Positions 18,665 through 27,043 are shown, numbered from the stretch's first letter. The stretch: 32,000 nucleotides of DNA from an uncultured archaeon (GCA_963704435.1 OY969902.1:600001-632000), one strand, 5' to 3'. The notes: generated by a model from the sequence alone, not told the origin. Numbers and translations are program-made.

Positions 18665-19990
18665 CTATTCTGCGTTTACGGACTTTACCGCTCCCTCCAA
18701 TATGTCTAGTCCCCTTTCTACGTTCTCTTTCGACATGGTTATCGGGGGAATAATCCGTATCGCTGACTTGCCAGCCGGCAGGAGGAGAAGTCCCCTGTTG
18801 AAGCACTCGAATATCACCGTGTTCCTGGCCTTATCTGCGTAATCCTTTGTATCCTTGCTCTTCACGAGCTCCATCCCTATCATGAGCCCTATTCCCCTTA
18901 CGTCACCCACAATCTCATACCTCTCCCTCATTTCATGGAGCCTTTTCATGATAATCGCCCCTTTGGTCTTGACCTGCCCTTGTAGGTCCCGCATGTTCCT
19001 TTTGACATAGTCCAGGGAGGCATTGGCAGCTGCGACCGCAAGCAGATTCCCGCCGAAGGTGTTAGCATGGGCCCCTCGCGGTATGTCCCCGAGCGACCTC
19101 CGCGTCACAGTGGCGCCGAAAGGAAGTCCTCCTCCAAGCGCCTTTGCCATGCTATAGATGTCTGCCTCAATCCCGAAATTGTCTAGCGCGAGGAACTTGC
19201 CCGTCCGCATGTAGCCCGACTGGACCTCGTCAGCCACTAGGAGAATTCCATTGTCGCTCGCGAGTTTCCGCAGCTCTCTCATGAACGACTTCGGGGGCAC
19301 TATATATCCGCCCTCCCCCTGCACGGGCTCGACGAATATTGCAGCCACCTCTTCAGGCGCGACCTCCTTCTCAAGTATCACATCCTTCAATTGGGATATG
19401 CAGAACCTGCTGCACTCCTCCGCGTCGCCGTAAGGGAACCTATAGGAATAGGGGTAAGGCGCGTGGATTACCGAATTGAATGGTCCGAAGTGCTCCCTTT
19501 GTACCTTGTTTGATGCCGTCAGGCCCAGAGAGCCCTGAGTCCTGCCATGGAAAGCATTGTAAAAAGAGATGACGTACTGCCTCTTCGTGAATATCTTGGC
19601 GAACTTTATCGCTGCCTCGTTCGCCTCGGTGCCCGAGTTCGAGAGGAAGACGCGCCCGAAACCGTTGGGGAACATCGTAATGAGCTTCTCCGCGAACCTC
19701 ACAGGATGCTCGGAGTAGAAATCTGTGAATGCGGGGTGCATTAGCCTGTCGACCTGGGCCTTTACCGCATTTCTAATCTCCGCGTTGGCATTCACGCCTA
19801 GGTTGTAGACTGAAATGAAGCTCGAGAAGTCTATGAACCTGTTGCCTGAAACGTCATAGGCGTAATCCCCTCCTCCGTGATCAGACACAAAAGTATGCTT
19901 CGGGAAAGGCCCGCGGGTCGTAGTCAGCATGACCTTGCTGTCCCTTTTGATCACGTCGCTTATCCTCCTATCGATCTTTACGCGCATCAA
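18665..19990 (-). CDS. Class III PLP-dependent aminotransferase (acetylornithine/4-aminobutyrate-like)
   Basis: LSNSGTEANEAAIKFAK, YNAFHGRTQGSLGLTAS, FVEPVQGEGGYIVPP, LLVADEVQSGYMRTGKF, SMAKALGGGLPFGA. Confidence 0.93.
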   Translation of the reverse strand: MMRVKIDRRISDVIKRDSKVMLTTTRGPFPKHTFVSDHGGGDYAYDVSGNRFIDFSSFISVYNLGVNANAEIRNAVKAQVDRLMHPAFTDFYSEHPVRFAEKLITMFPNGFGRVFLSNSGTEANEAAIKFAKIFTKRQYVISFYNAFHGRTQGSLGLTASNKVQREHFGPFNSVIHAPYPYSYRFPYGDAEECSRFCISQLKDVILEKEVAPEEVAAIFVEPVQGEGGYIVPPKSFMRELRKLASDNGILLVADEVQSGYMRTGKFLALDNFGIEADIYSMAKALGGGLPFGATVTRRSLGDIPRGAHANTFGGNLLAVAAANASLDYVKRNMRDLQGQVKTKGAIIMKRLHEMRERYEIVGDVRGIGLMIGMELVKSKDTKDYADKARNTVIFECFNRGLLLLPAGKSAIRIIPPITMSKENVERGLDILEGAVKSVNAE

Positions 19991-20080
19991 ATTCAGTGTA
20001 GATTCAGAATAAAGGTTATTATTGCTTGCTGACCTGCGCTGGAGAGAAGAGCTGCCACGGCGTGCCAGTCCGCTCGCGGA

Positions 20081-20659
20081 TCATATGATATTTTCTTTCA
20101 CTCCGTAATTTACCAGCTTCGCCAACTGCAGGAGGTTTTCCAACATTGCCTTGATTCGTGTCTGCGTTTCGGCGTCGGTCAACTTGCCGTTCTGGTCGAA
20201 CTTGGTGTCTGCATAAGGAACCAGCACAACGGGCTTGTTCAGCACAAATGCGTTGAGGTATGAGAGTATGTGGCGAAGATGATACTGCGCCACCACCCCT
20301 CCTCCGAGCTCTGTGGATGCGCTCAAAATGCCTACGGCTTTTCTATCCATGGAATTATTCCCGTACGGCCTAGATATCCACTCCAACGCATTCTTGAGCA
20401 CCGCAGGCACAGTATTGTCGTATTCTGGAGTCGCTATGATGATGGCATGCGCGGCCATTATCTTCGCCTTGAATTCCTTGACCTGTTCCGGAAGGTTATT
20501 CTCCAAATCGCGGTTGAATGCGGGGATGCCTTCAATCGTGCACTTTTCAACGGTTACCCCGCTAGGCGCTAGCGCCTTAACGGCGTCAATCAGCATGCCG
20601 TTGTAAGACCTCTTGCTTATGCTCCCTGAAATCGCCAGTATCGTGATTTCTCCTTCCAT
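20081..20659 (-). CDS. NAD(P)H-dependent FMN reductase-like flavoprotein
   Basis: ITILAISGSISKRSYNGMLIDAV, IIATPEYDNTVPAVLKNALEWISRP, VAQYHLRHILSYL. ATG 20659 has the RBS GAGGTGG upstream, so the 20707 start in the ORF track is less likely. Confidence 0.88.
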   Translation of the reverse strand: MEGEITILAISGSISKRSYNGMLIDAVKALAPSGVTVEKCTIEGIPAFNRDLENNLPEQVKEFKAKIMAAHAIIIATPEYDNTVPAVLKNALEWISRPYGNNSMDRKAVGILSASTELGGGVVAQYHLRHILSYLNAFVLNKPVVLVPYADTKFDQNGKLTDAETQTRIKAMLENLLQLAKLVNYGVKENII

Positions 20660-20719
20660 TTTTCCACCTCTCAAATTCTCCAATAATCGGAATAACTGCC
20701 TGTGCACATATAAATATTA

Positions 20720-20858
20720 GAGCCGTAGCCGGAGAAAGCTCCGGCCCTTTAAAACACGAGGAGCACCTACCGGCTCATATCTTGAGCGTGAGGCGGCTTT
20801 CGCCGCCCCTATTCCTGGGTGATGCCAGCTCTTTACTGGCAGCACTATATGGGAGTGC
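20720..20858. ncRNA. Densely structured intergenic segment; candidate ncRNA or structured leader
   Basis: Successive perfect stems: GAGCCG(20720)/CGGCTC(20771) enclosing GCCGGAG-AAAG-CTCCGGC (20728-20745); GGCGGC-TTTC-GCCGCC (20792-20807, GAAA tetraloop on the minus strand); TGCCAG/CTGGCA (20823-20841); GCACT/AGTGC (20842-20858). Confidence 0.4.
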
Positions 20859-20867
20859 AAGTTTATA

Positions 20868-20922
20868 TATTTTACTCAAAGTAAAGAAAGGGCATTGGAT
20901 ATAAATATTTTACTCATGTAAA
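20868..20922. promoter_or_regulatory. Tandem palindromic operator-like sites fused to TATA-like boxes
   Basis: Direct repeat TATTTTACTCA at 20868 and 20906; each starts a palindrome: TTTAC-TCAAA-GTAAA (20871-20885) and TTTAC-TCAT-GTAAA (20909-20922), each preceded by an AT-rich TATA-like box. Confidence 0.55.
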
Positions 20923-21011
20923 TAAATCAAAAGAAAGAGCGCGACCGACGCTATAAAAACAGGTATGGCATTTTGCCATCGGCATAGCCGCTTCTATTTT
21001 TGGGTGATAGC

Positions 21012-21413
21012 ATGAGAGTTAGTGGAAAGAATGGAAGAACGAAGGGAAATCTGGAGGAGGCAGTATCGGAGCTTGTGGCGCAGTACGCGAGAACGAAGCG
21101 CGAGGAAGAGACGGCAAGGGAATACGGATCCGTAATAAAAGGGATCGCTGAAGCAACTCGCGAACTCGCGAACGCTGCCGTCGTGGCTGCAGAGTGCGGC
21201 AAGATGGCGCGCTACAGGCGCTACGAGGCCAGGTATTACGTAAGCAGCAGGGGAGTGAACGGGAACCTGGTACGTAGCTGGGAGGAGGAAAAACCTGATG
21301 AGGAAGCAACTGGGGCCGATGCCCCTTCCTCCCCCGAGGTCGGACGCGTAATGCTTATTCTGAAACGGGCCATACGCAAAGTGATTTCTGGCGGAACGCC
21401 AGTCCGAAATTAA
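21012..21413 (+). CDS. Small charged protein of unknown function
   Basis: ATG 21012 with RBS GGGTGAT and TATA-like ctataaaaac at about 20951; Lys/Glu/Arg-rich; no family recognised. Confidence 0.55.
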   Translation: MRVSGKNGRTKGNLEEAVSELVAQYARTKREEETAREYGSVIKGIAEATRELANAAVVAAECGKMARYRRYEARYYVSSRGVNGNLVRSWEEEKPDEEATGADAPSSPEVGRVMLILKRAIRKVISGGTPVRN

Positions 21414-21437
21414 TATTTTTGGCTTTACAATAGAAAC

Positions 21438-22274
21438 ATGCTAAGGATCGGCTACCACGTTTCCATATCCGGGCGCATTGATCTGGCCTTCGACAGGGCG
21501 AAGGAGAGCGGTTGCACTGCCATGCAGGTATTTCTGAGCAATCCTAGGGGATGGGGCGCAAGGGAACTGACCAGGGAGGAAATAGACGCGTTCAGATTGA
21601 AATCGAGAAGCTTCGGGATATCGCCCGTGCTTGCGCACATGACGTACCTGCCGAACATCGCCTCTCCGAACGAGTTCGCGTACAAGAAATCCTTAGAAGC
21701 GCTGGGTTTCGCGCTTGGGAGATGCCATGAGCTTGGTATAAGTCACATAGTTACCCATCTCGGAAGCCACGTGGGGAAAGGAAAAGAGGAGGGCTTCTCG
21801 CGGATAGTTTCTGCGTTCAGTGCAGTCCGCGACGCTGCGAAGGGAATGTCTATTCTGCTGGAGAATGAAGCTGGACAGAGGAACAGCGTGGGTTCGCGCC
21901 TTGAAGATCTTTCAGAAATCCACGACAGAGTGAGGGATGAAGTGCCGAATCTGGATGTCGGCTTCTGCATAGATACCTGCCACCTTTTCGAAGCTGGCTA
22001 CGACCTGAGGAAAAGCGAGGTGGTGGGAGAGATATTTGACGCGCTGGGCAGGCCGAACATAAAGGCAATACACCTGAACGACGCGCGATACGAGCTGGGG
22101 CGCGGACTGGACCGGCATGAGAACATAGGCAAGGGCCACATTGGCATAGGCGGGTTCAAGACATTTCTCAATTTTGACAGGGTGAAGAACCTACCGATGA
22201 TAATGGAGACCCCGTGGAGGAGCCCCGCGTCCGACATGCAGCAGATAAGGCTGGTCGAGCGCCTGATAAGGTAA
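21438..22274 (+). CDS. nfo: Endonuclease IV (Nfo-like AP endonuclease)
   Basis: RIGYHVSISGRIDLAFDRAKESGCTAMQVFLSNPRGW, LLENEAGQRNSVGS, GFCIDTCHLFEAGYDLR, KAIHLNDA, HENIGKGHIG, METPW. Confidence 0.95.
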   Translation: MLRIGYHVSISGRIDLAFDRAKESGCTAMQVFLSNPRGWGARELTREEIDAFRLKSRSFGISPVLAHMTYLPNIASPNEFAYKKSLEALGFALGRCHELGISHIVTHLGSHVGKGKEEGFSRIVSAFSAVRDAAKGMSILLENEAGQRNSVGSRLEDLSEIHDRVRDEVPNLDVGFCIDTCHLFEAGYDLRKSEVVGEIFDALGRPNIKAIHLNDARYELGRGLDRHENIGKGHIGIGGFKTFLNFDRVKNLPMIMETPWRSPASDMQQIRLVERLIR

Positions 22275-22341
22275 GACTTCGCGTTTCCGTCTGCATGCGC
22301 AGCTAATTTTTCTGTTTCAGATTTCTTCTTGGGTGTTATCT

Positions 22342-24033
22342 ATGTTTTTCAAAAATCACGATGAGATAAGGTTGGGGAAGGTCGTTAGGGAGCTTCGGCT
22401 CAAGGGCTTCTTCGGAAGCGTCAGGTGGAAATGGCGCAGGGTGCACTTCAGGAACGCCTCCCTGTCCCTAAACCGCTCGCTCAACTCCCACATAGTCTTG
22501 GTCGGCGAGAGTGGCAGCGGCAAGTCAAACGCCTGCAAGACACTGCTGCGCGAGATTGCGGCAAAGGGGGCGAGCTTCGTAGTATTCGACGCGCACGACG
22601 AGTACGTCGGTCTGGCAGAGTCCCTCGGCGCAGACGTCTATGACGCCACCTACACAGGAATGAACCTGTTCGATATGCCCGGCAGGAGCGACAAGGAGAA
22701 GGCGAGCGAGACGTCCGGGACGCTCAGGCGCATACTCGGACTAGGCCACATGCAGGCTTACCTGCTCTACAAGGCCATACTCTATACCTATCAGATATCA
22801 GAGTCAAGGGGCCGCGAGCCGGGAATGCGCGACCTTATGTACACGATAAAGGTATTCGAGAGGCACGCGAAGGGCAGTGAGCTCAGCGTGCTGCGCTCGC
22901 TGGAGCACAGGCTGACGCCCCTGTCGCTCAGCGCCCATTCGGGCAGCGTGAAGGCCGATGCGCTGATGCGCGCCAGGAGCGTCTTCGCGCTCGGCCGGCT
23001 CGGGAATGCCGAGGCGCAGGCAGTCTACATTGAGGGCTTCCTGAGGAAGCTCTATGAGGCGATGCTCGCGGGCGAGAAGAGCAAGTCGACGCGCTTTTTC
23101 GTTGTCATAGAGGAGGCGGGCAAGCTTGGCGACGGATCCATGCTCGCGCGCCTTGCCGCCGAGGGCAGGAAGTACGGGATAGGCATCGTGGTGGTTGCGC
23201 AGCGCGCCAAGGCCCTGGACAGGGAGATAAGGAGCAACGCCGAGCTCTTCGCGGCGTTCTACCAGCGCGAGCCGGAGGAGTTGAACTACGTCGCTAACAT
23301 AATAGCAAGCGGGAACGAGCTCAACAGGTTCACCGAGGTGAAGAAGGCGCTACGCAACCTGGGGCGCGGGATGGCCGTGGTGACGAGGAGCAGGGGAGAG
23401 CCCCAGGTGGTGAGATTTGCTCCGTGCGAGTGCGCCGAGCGCAGCCTGAGCCTTGACCTAGTCAGCGCTTCGAGAGAGGCCACCGGGAAGGGAGAGCTCT
23501 ACGGAAAGCTTGTCGCGAAGGGATTCGCCGAAACCGAGATAGCCAAAAGGGCAAGGAGGCTCATAGAAACCGGGACGCTACGCTATCACGTGGTGCCAGA
23601 TGGAGAATATCAGGGAGTCTGGTACATTGCGATGCCCAAGAACAGCGCCGAGCACGAAGTGATGGTCAGCTTGATGAGCCGGCATCTGCGCGAGCACGGA
23701 ATAAGGAACAGGATATACAACAGCTCCTTCGGGCCCGACATAATAGTGTTCGCGCAGGGAGGGAAGCGCGCGGCCATCGAGTACGAGACCGGATCCAAGA
23801 AGACCGAGGAGACCGAGAGGATGCTGGAGAGGCGCAAGAAGCAATACGGCAAAATCGTAGTCGTAGTGAACGACGCGTTTTACGGAGAGTATTCAAAGCT
23901 TCAGGGAGTGGCTGTCGTTAAGGCGTCGGAAGTATTCGATATGCTCACCAAGGAGTTCTCGGTCATAACCGAGCTCACTTCATCGCAAGCGCAGGGCCGC
24001 GATGCCGTCAGCTCCGCGCCTGGTCCTGGATGA
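22342..24033 (+). CDS. HerA/DUF87-like ATPase with a C-terminal domain resembling PD-(D/E)XK nucleases
   Basis: Walker A LVGESGSGKSNACK, FVVFDAHDEYVGL, FFVVIEEAGKLGDGSMLARLAAEGRKYGIGIVVVAQR (Walker B/sensor region); C-terminal GPDIIVFAQGGKRAAIEYETGSKKTEE. Start ATG 22342 or GTG 22333. Confidence 0.82.
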   Translation: MFFKNHDEIRLGKVVRELRLKGFFGSVRWKWRRVHFRNASLSLNRSLNSHIVLVGESGSGKSNACKTLLREIAAKGASFVVFDAHDEYVGLAESLGADVYDATYTGMNLFDMPGRSDKEKASETSGTLRRILGLGHMQAYLLYKAILYTYQISESRGREPGMRDLMYTIKVFERHAKGSELSVLRSLEHRLTPLSLSAHSGSVKADALMRARSVFALGRLGNAEAQAVYIEGFLRKLYEAMLAGEKSKSTRFFVVIEEAGKLGDGSMLARLAAEGRKYGIGIVVVAQRAKALDREIRSNAELFAAFYQREPEELNYVANIIASGNELNRFTEVKKALRNLGRGMAVVTRSRGEPQVVRFAPCECAERSLSLDLVSASREATGKGELYGKLVAKGFAETEIAKRARRLIETGTLRYHVVPDGEYQGVWYIAMPKNSAEHEVMVSLMSRHLREHGIRNRIYNSSFGPDIIVFAQGGKRAAIEYETGSKKTEETERMLERRKKQYGKIVVVVNDAFYGEYSKLQGVAVVKASEVFDMLTKEFSVITELTSSQAQGRDAVSSAPGPG

Positions 24034-24751
24034 ACTCTGAGGCTGCCCTAGCCACTTCCTCCGGGTGCATGTAATGAGGCACATGGCCCGCACCCTTCAC
24101 CACCACCAGTCTGCTCCCCGCTATGTATTCGTTGAACAGCCTTGCGTACTTTATCGGAATGGTGCTGTCCTGCTCCCCCCAGAGAACAAGCGCGGGCTTA
24201 ACGATGGATCCAAGGCTCTCTCTCGTAAGGTATTCTTCCTTACGGTCGGTCCTCAAGGAGCTTTCCAATACCCGCTCGTCGAGCCCGAGCATCCTCGCCT
24301 CCCTGCGCCACCCCTCCTTGAACTCTTCGCCTCGGTTCTCCCTTGCAATGTCTTCGTAGTGGTCTTTCAGTCCCACCGAGTCCTCTAGCATCACGCCCCT
24401 TCCCTCGAACTTACCTTGCGCTATCGAGGCAGCTATCCATCCCCCATATGAGTGGCCGAACAGGTAGCAGCCCCCCAGCCCCTCAAGGATCATGAATTCG
24501 GAAACCATGCGGACCTGGATTGCGACGGAGTAATCCACCTTCGGAGCATCGGACTTCCCATGGCCGAGCAGGTCCAGGAGGCAGACGTCCAACCCAGAGT
24601 CCAGTTTCTCCAGCAGTCTTGCCCAGGTCTGCGTGCTCGCCGCGAACCCGTGGAGGAACAGCACCACTGCCCCGCTCCCCCGCCTGCGCTTGTAGTGCAC
24701 CCTGCCCAGGCTGGTTTCGCAGAACAGATCCTCCAGATCCTCATACAGCAC
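24008..24751 (-). CDS. Alpha/beta hydrolase fold protein
   Basis: VLFLHGFAAS, FGHSYGGWIAASIA, LWGEQDSTIP, VVKGAGHVPHYMHPEE (Ser-Asp-His triad). Confidence 0.93.
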   Translation of the reverse strand: MLYEDLEDLFCETSLGRVHYKRRRGSGAVVLFLHGFAASTQTWARLLEKLDSGLDVCLLDLLGHGKSDAPKVDYSVAIQVRMVSEFMILEGLGGCYLFGHSYGGWIAASIAQGKFEGRGVMLEDSVGLKDHYEDIARENRGEEFKEGWRREARMLGLDERVLESSLRTDRKEEYLTRESLGSIVKPALVLWGEQDSTIPIKYARLFNEYIAGSRLVVVKGAGHVPHYMHPEEVARAASEFIQDQARS

Positions 24752-24799
24752 GCAATCAGCCGCGCAGATATGTCTCCTTAATTTAATATTCCTGCAGGG

Positions 24800-25666
24800 T
24801 CACGCACTGCTCAGCAGCCTGCGGAGCAGCGGCACGGTGCCCAACTCGTCGCTCAGTCTCCCATAGGCGTAGCCTGTCCACCGCCTTCCGAAAGGAACGC
24901 CTATCGCTACTCGGTAGCCGAGGCTGGCCAACTCCTCAGCATATTTGCTCTTCACTCCGATTGGAATCTCATAGGTCACTCTCTTCCGATAGGACCTGCC
25001 GAGCAGCATGGCCTCGTCCATTATCCCAGGATCATGCGTCGCGATCGTGAATGCCTTAGCGCTCCTGAACAGGTATCCCATGAGCCTCGTGTAGCTTGAA
25101 TCGATCTCGCTTTTTGTGGTGAAAGCCACTCTCCTGTTTCCCGGAGACCCTTTTACGAGCCTTATTACTGCGCCGTCGCCAACCAGCGACCTCATGTCCT
25201 GCTCCGTCCTCCTAAGGCATGCGCGGAGGCTTATCCCCACGCCGCCCTTTCCCATCTGCCTCCGGTAGATCGCCACTGTCGCGTCGGCAGTCTCGTGCGA
25301 TTCCGCGCCCAGCCAGACGAACACCCCCTGCTTTCTGGCCCTGTTAGCGATGCTCTCATAGCTCCTCCTCGCAAGTACTCTGCTCGTATCAAGCCCGAGT
25401 TGCGTGATTCCGAGGGAAATTTCAGAATCCAGCTCGCTCCTCCCTATCGCCTTTATCAGGCGCTGGTAGGTCGATACTACGTCCGCCACGGCCCATTTTT
25501 CGCTAGACCTACCACCAAGATAGCTTATCACCGCGGTCTCACGTAGCGATTTCAGGTCAGCCGCTCTGTCCACAGCGTCCTTTATCCGCGCGCCGGCTAC
25601 CCACCTGCCTGCGAACGCCTTCTCGGCGATTCCATCTATGTCGAACTTTGATTTCATCGCATTCAT
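24800..25666 (-). CDS. Proline dehydrogenase family protein
   Basis: VFVWLGAESHETADATVAIYRR, GISLRACLRRTEQDM, IRLVKGSPG, TIATHDPGIMDEA, YEIPIGVK, VAIGVPFGRRWTGYAYGRL. First Met at 25666; Met at 25657 also possible. Confidence 0.85.
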   Translation of the reverse strand: MNAMKSKFDIDGIAEKAFAGRWVAGARIKDAVDRAADLKSLRETAVISYLGGRSSEKWAVADVVSTYQRLIKAIGRSELDSEISLGITQLGLDTSRVLARRSYESIANRARKQGVFVWLGAESHETADATVAIYRRQMGKGGVGISLRACLRRTEQDMRSLVGDGAVIRLVKGSPGNRRVAFTTKSEIDSSYTRLMGYLFRSAKAFTIATHDPGIMDEAMLLGRSYRKRVTYEIPIGVKSKYAEELASLGYRVAIGVPFGRRWTGYAYGRLSDELGTVPLLRRLLSSA

Positions 25667-25697
25667 TTTAGCATTAGATTTAAATATGTGCTATTGT

Positions 25698-25751
25698 AAA
25701 GTCTCCTTTACCTAAAGGACAAGATAAAGATGGTTTCAAAATCGAAACCGC
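25698..25751. promoter_or_regulatory. Cluster of small perfect hairpins/palindromes in the proline dehydrogenase-speD divergent region
   Basis: GTAAAG-TCTC-CTTTAC (25698-25713); alternative overlapping TCCTTT-ACCT-AAAGGA (25706-25721); GGTTTC-AAAATC-GAAACC (25734-25751). Confidence 0.35.
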
Positions 25752-25848
25752 TTCCGATAAGTGCGGCACTGACTGCGACAGGTTGCTCTGTTCCAGCCGA
25801 ACCTAATTCTGGCGCTAATCGCGATCATTACTGAAACGAGGCTACGTG

Positions 25849-26295
25849 ATGTTGGGACCACATCTAACAATGGATCTGTACGGCTGCGATGCGCATGCGC
25901 TCAGCTCCAAGGAGCTGATATACGTAATGCTCGACGAGCTTCCGGGTTTGCTGAAGATGCGCAAGATAACGAAGCCGCAGATACTGCCTTATGGAGGGAC
26001 GAAAGGCACGTTCGACAGGGGAGGCATATCCGCATTCGTGATAATCGCGACATCCCACATAAGCATACACACGTTTGTCCGCCAGAGGTACGCATCGATA
26101 GACATCTTCTCGTGCAAGGAGTTCGACGCTGGAAGGGCCGCGGCGTACGTCTCATCGAAATTCGGCGCGAAGAGAATGGAATCCAATCTCCTTTCCCGCG
26201 GAAGGGAGTTTCCGAAGGACGTTATCAAGTCCGGCGCAATCGTGGCGCGAGACAGGAAAAAGGAGGAGGCAAAGGCGCCCCGTGCAGAACGATAG
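25849..26295 (+). CDS. speD: S-adenosylmethionine decarboxylase proenzyme-like (SpeD family)
   Basis: HLTMDLYGCDAHAL, FVIIATSHISIHTFVRQRYASIDIFSCKEFD aligned with the SpeD core around the pyruvoyl-forming serine. GTG 25846 is an alternative start. Confidence 0.85.
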   Translation: MLGPHLTMDLYGCDAHALSSKELIYVMLDELPGLLKMRKITKPQILPYGGTKGTFDRGGISAFVIIATSHISIHTFVRQRYASIDIFSCKEFDAGRAAAYVSSKFGAKRMESNLLSRGREFPKDVIKSGAIVARDRKKEEAKAPRAER

Positions 26296-26349
26296 AGCGG
26301 AGCGGACAGGCATCGCATGCGCCGCATCGCGATAATCAGTGAAAAAGAA

Positions 26350-26397
26350 GTGTTAAGGTGTGGTGGGTGGGGATAAGAAGAATATGCACCTTAACAC
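26350..26397. repeat. Perfect 11-bp inverted repeat GTGTTAAGGTG / CACCTTAACAC with a 26-nt G-rich loop
   Basis: Direct reading; lies between convergent speD (+) and carS (-). Read on the minus strand the stem is followed by ttctttttc. Confidence 0.65.
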
Positions 26398-26520
26398 AGG
26401 CTAACTAATTATTCATTAATGTTTAAATACCTTTCGGAAAAAATTATTGGATTGCGCAATTTTTGCAGGTTCCATTCCTCGAAAGAATTCGACGTCAAAA
26501 CATTAATTCCGCGCAGCGAC

Positions 26521-27036
26521 CTACCACGGGACGCTCTTTATCTTCGCCCTGTGCGCCATGATGTTGGTGGCCTTGTGGAGCACGCCCGTAAGCACGGCGA
26601 TTACCAGCAGGCCAGGAATTCCATAAGGCGAAGACAACAGGTCGGAGAATGGCAGCGCGAACGCAAGCGCGAACGCAAGGAAGAGGTACTGATCGAACAG
26701 AGCCCAGCTCGATCCCTCTTTCTTACCGATTCTTCTCTTCATGAAACTGCCGAACAGGTCTCCCGCATGCGTACCAAGCGTCAGCATGACTCCGATGAGC
26801 AGCATGCTCGGAAGGAACGCCGACTCAAGCGCGGCTACGATGAATCCCGCCGCAATTCCGGCCAGCAGCCCCCTTATCGTCTTATGGCTGCCGAAGATCG
26901 GCTTCCCCCCTATCTTCCTGCCGAAATCTACCGGCTTCCCGCCGCCGAAAATTACCGGCGCCCCGTTCGCGACCCACGCAGGGAGTATGAATATTATCGG
27001 ATATACCAGGACGCCGTAGATCAAGTCAGATAGCAT
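26521..27036 (-). CDS. carS: CDP-archaeol synthase (CarS)
   Basis: YPIIFILPAWVANGAPVIFGGGKPVDFGRKIGGKPIFGSHKTIRGLLAG, THAGDLFGSFMKRRIGKKEGSSWALFDQ. Confidence 0.95.
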   Translation of the reverse strand: MLSDLIYGVLVYPIIFILPAWVANGAPVIFGGGKPVDFGRKIGGKPIFGSHKTIRGLLAGIAAGFIVAALESAFLPSMLLIGVMLTLGTHAGDLFGSFMKRRIGKKEGSSWALFDQYLFLAFALAFALPFSDLLSSPYGIPGLLVIAVLTGVLHKATNIMAHRAKIKSVPW

Positions 27037-27043
27037 AATAGCC

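Noticed and set aside
24008-24033. 26-bp overlap of the convergent HerA-like and alpha/beta hydrolase genes
   Set aside because: Short 3'-3' overlaps are common in compact archaeal genomes and need no special explanation.
9481-25837. Shared 14-mer ATCATTACTGAAAC at 9481-9494 and 25824-25837, both shortly upstream of a gene start
   Set aside because: In 32 kb a few 14-mer matches are expected by chance and the flanks do not align; no other copies noticed.
26444-26470. A/T inverted repeat AAAAATT...AATTTTT downstream of speD
   Set aside because: Low-complexity AT sequence; not distinguishable from background.
26419-27033. 204-aa plus-strand ORF opposite carS
   Set aside because: The carS product has clear family motifs; the plus translation is low-complexity and charged with no recognisable domain.
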